Positions 61,637-64,000 of a stretch of 64,000 bases of DNA are shown one piece after another. This DNA is from an uncultured delta proteobacterium. GTDB lineage: Bacteria > Myxococcota > UBA727 > VGSZ01. How positions within the stretch are numbered: position 1 is the first letter of the stretch; each line of letters opens with the position of its first letter. The notes beneath the pieces were generated by a model. It was not told where the DNA came from. It did no database searches and saw only the letters and a list, made by a program, of their open reading frames with translations. The stretch lies in NCBI GenBank assembly GCA_963775425.1, contig CAVZJB010000005.1, forward strand, positions 256,001 through 320,000, in the 5' to 3' direction. The position numbers were made by a program, and so were the translations under genes.

Positions 61637-63721
61637 ATGCGCACCTCGGCTTCCCTCTCGTTCCCGGCCGCGCTCCTCGGCGCCCTGGCGTTGGCGGCCT
61701 GTCCCACCCCCGTGAAGGTCGACAGCACGCCCGGCGCGTGCAGCGCGGATGACCCCGCGTGCATCCCGTGCACCTTCGACACCGACTGCCCCAACGGCGG
61801 CGTGTGCACCGACGGCGTCTGCGGTACGGCCCTCGGCACCGACGACGGGAGCGGCGCGAACGACGGCTCCGGCGGCACCGGCGAAGACGGCTGCGGCCAG
61901 ACGTCCGAGTGCCCCATGACGCAGATGTGCAACGGCTCCACGCACCTGTGCGCCAACCTCCCCGCCGGCTGGTGCCGCCAGCCCAACGACTGCAGCGGCA
62001 GCACCCCGAAGTGCAGCGCGGCCTCGTCGAACGTCCCCGGCCTCTGCGTCGAGTGCCTGAGCGACAGCGACTGCGGCAACGGCGCCCGCTGCGGCGGCGG
62101 CGGCGTCTGCTCCGGCGGCGGCAACGGCACCGTCTGCCCGCCCAACGCGAGCCCCAACGCGCAGGGGCAGTGCGCCTGCAACACGGGCTTCCACCTCGAC
62201 AGCAGCACGCACACCTGTGAGGCCGACACCCCGTCCGCGGGCTGCGTCGACCACGCCCACCCCGTCACCGGCCAGGCCGGGCGCTGCGACTGCGACGTCG
62301 GCTACGTCCCGTCCGCCGACGGCAACGCGTGCGTGCGCCCCGACTCGACGGGCGGCGGCTCCACCGGCGGCGGCTCCACCGGCGGCGGCTCCACCGGCGG
62401 CGGCTCCACCGGCGGCGACGGCTCCAGCGGCGGCGGCAGCATCATCGGCAACTGCGGCCCCAACACCGTGGCGGTCTTCTTCGTCTGTTTCTGCCTCCCC
62501 GGCTTTGCCCCGAACCCCAACGGCGACGTCGGCTGCAGCGCCGACGACAGCTCGAACGACCCCGGCGCCGGCACCGGCGGCACCGACCCCGGCACCGGCG
62601 GCACCGGCGGCACCGACCCCGGCACCGGCGGCACCGACCCCGGCACCGGCAGCGGCTCAGGCGACCCCTGCCAGGACTACGGCTGGTACGGCGACGGCGT
62701 GTGCGACGACTTCTGCGCCAACCCCGACCCCGACTGCGACGGCAGCAGCGGCACCGGCGGCACCGACCCGGGCACCGGCGGCACCGACCCCGGCACCGGC
62801 ACCACGGATCCCGGCGGCACCAGCGGTGACGACGTCTGCCAGGACAACGGCTGGTACAACGACGGCGTCTGCGACACCTTCTGCCCGAGCCCCGATCCCG
62901 ACTGCGGCAGCGACCCGGGCACCGGCGGCACCGACCCCGGCACCGGCGGCACCGACCCGGGCACCGGCGGCACCGACCCCGGCACCGGCACCACGGACGT
63001 CTGCGAGCAGAACGGCTGGTACGGCGACGGCGTCTGCGACGACTTCTGCCCGAACACCGACCCCGACTGCGACGCGCACGCCGGCGGCGACGACGTCTGC
63101 GCCGACAACGGCTGGTACGGCGACGGCGTCTGCGACACCTTCTGCACCAACCCCGACCCCGACTGCGGCGCCGCCCAGAGCGACGTCTGCCAGGACAACG
63201 GCTGGTACGGCGACGGCGTCTGCGACACCTTCTGCGCCAACCCCGACCCCGACTGCAACAGCGGCTCGACGGGCGGCGGCTCCACGGGCGGCGGCTCCAC
63301 GGGCGGCGGCTCCACCGGCAGCGGCGACGTCTGCGCCGACAACGGCTGGTACGGCGACGGCGTGTGCGACGACTTCTGCGCGCAGCCCGACCCCGACTGC
63401 AACACCGGCGGCGGCAGCAACGGCGGCGGCAGCGGCGGCTCCTCCGGCGACGTCTGCGCCGACAACGGCTGGTACGGCGACGGCGTGTGCGACGACTTCT
63501 GCGCGCAGCCCGACCCCGACTGCAACGGCGGCGGCGGCAGCAACGGCGGCGGCGGCTCCGGCGACATCTGCGCGGACAACGGCTGGTACGGCGACATGGT
63601 CTGCGACACCAACTGCGCGCAGCCCGATCCCGACTGCAGCGACTCGTGCGCGGTGAACGGTTGGTACGGCGACGGCGAGTGCGACACGTTCTGCGCGCAG
63701 ACCGACCCCGACTGCTTCTGA
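61637..63721 (+). CDS. Cys-rich surface lipoprotein with EGF-like units and nine LNR-like CxxxGWYxDxxCDxxCxxxDPDC repeats
   Basis: Lipobox LAAC; nine repeats at 62663-63715 separated by GTGGTDP and GGGST linkers. Confidence 0.88.
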   Translation: MRTSASLSFPAALLGALALAACPTPVKVDSTPGACSADDPACIPCTFDTDCPNGGVCTDGVCGTALGTDDGSGANDGSGGTGEDGCGQTSECPMTQMCNGSTHLCANLPAGWCRQPNDCSGSTPKCSAASSNVPGLCVECLSDSDCGNGARCGGGGVCSGGGNGTVCPPNASPNAQGQCACNTGFHLDSSTHTCEADTPSAGCVDHAHPVTGQAGRCDCDVGYVPSADGNACVRPDSTGGGSTGGGSTGGGSTGGGSTGGDGSSGGGSIIGNCGPNTVAVFFVCFCLPGFAPNPNGDVGCSADDSSNDPGAGTGGTDPGTGGTGGTDPGTGGTDPGTGSGSGDPCQDYGWYGDGVCDDFCANPDPDCDGSSGTGGTDPGTGGTDPGTGTTDPGGTSGDDVCQDNGWYNDGVCDTFCPSPDPDCGSDPGTGGTDPGTGGTDPGTGGTDPGTGTTDVCEQNGWYGDGVCDDFCPNTDPDCDAHAGGDDVCADNGWYGDGVCDTFCTNPDPDCGAAQSDVCQDNGWYGDGVCDTFCANPDPDCNSGSTGGGSTGGGSTGGGSTGSGDVCADNGWYGDGVCDDFCAQPDPDCNTGGGSNGGGSGGSSGDVCADNGWYGDGVCDDFCAQPDPDCNGGGGSNGGGGSGDICADNGWYGDMVCDTNCAQPDPDCSDSCAVNGWYGDGECDTFCAQTDPDCF

Positions 63722-63937
63722 GCCCCGACGACGTCGCGCGGCGGCGCGCAGCGAGGTCCTCGCGAGCCTCCGCCCGACGTAGCCGGCTGGGTCAAGGCAA
63801 CGCTCGCGCCACGGCCACGGCCGCGGCGCGCGGCGCTCCCCGGTGACGCGGATTCCCATCATGAACCGCTCCCCGCGGTCGCCGATCCCTCTTGAGCCCT
63901 CGCGCGCGAGAGGTCATGACGCCACCAAGGAGCCTTC

Positions 63938-64000
63938 ATGACCCCGACCGAATCCGCGCCGCCGCCTTGGCAGGGACCCAAGTCCGACAAGCATTTCCTC
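63938..64000 (+). CDS. Start of an unidentified gene (truncated by window end)
   Basis: AAGGAG RBS, then ATG MTPTESAPPPWQGPKSDKHFL, open to the end. Confidence 0.5.
   Translation, partial: MTPTESAPPPWQGPKSDKHFL

Noticed and set aside
62663-63715. About 70-bp direct repeats with variable spacers, superficially a CRISPR array
   Set aside because: In-frame coding repeats with synonymous variation, low-complexity linkers of very unequal length, and no cas genes.

Overview
Very GC-rich, gene-dense bacterial chromosomal DNA. The gene content points to Myxococcota or a related deltaproteobacterium: a Ser/Thr kinase, a TonB_C-fused TonB-dependent receptor, a MYXO-CTERM protein, an MglA-like GTPase, a giant gliding-type TPR protein and many Cys-rich lipoproteins. 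There are about 50 genes and one tRNA-Pro(CGG). Housekeeping genes include tlyA, recF, nadE, pfkA, pspA, an ABC-F ATPase and glycerate kinase. I saw no integrase, transposase, cas gene or true CRISPR array. The most notable observations are: (1) a stand-alone lipoprotein whose mature form is only CPPS(GE)31; (2) a 1069-aa PEP-utilising (RPH/PPDK-like) protein lacking both its ATP-grasp catalytic residues and its phospho-His; (3) a dispersed REP-like hairpin family lying just downstream of stop codons; (4) three single-base frameshifts all at GATC motifs, probably a methylation-linked sequencing artefact; (5) a lipoprotein with nine Notch/LNR-like 4-Cys repeats; (6) an MglA-like GTPase coupled to a PocR-type histidine kinase with no adjacent MglB; (7) an M14 peptidase with its catalytic core deleted. 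All family calls come from motif recognition by eye, not database searches.
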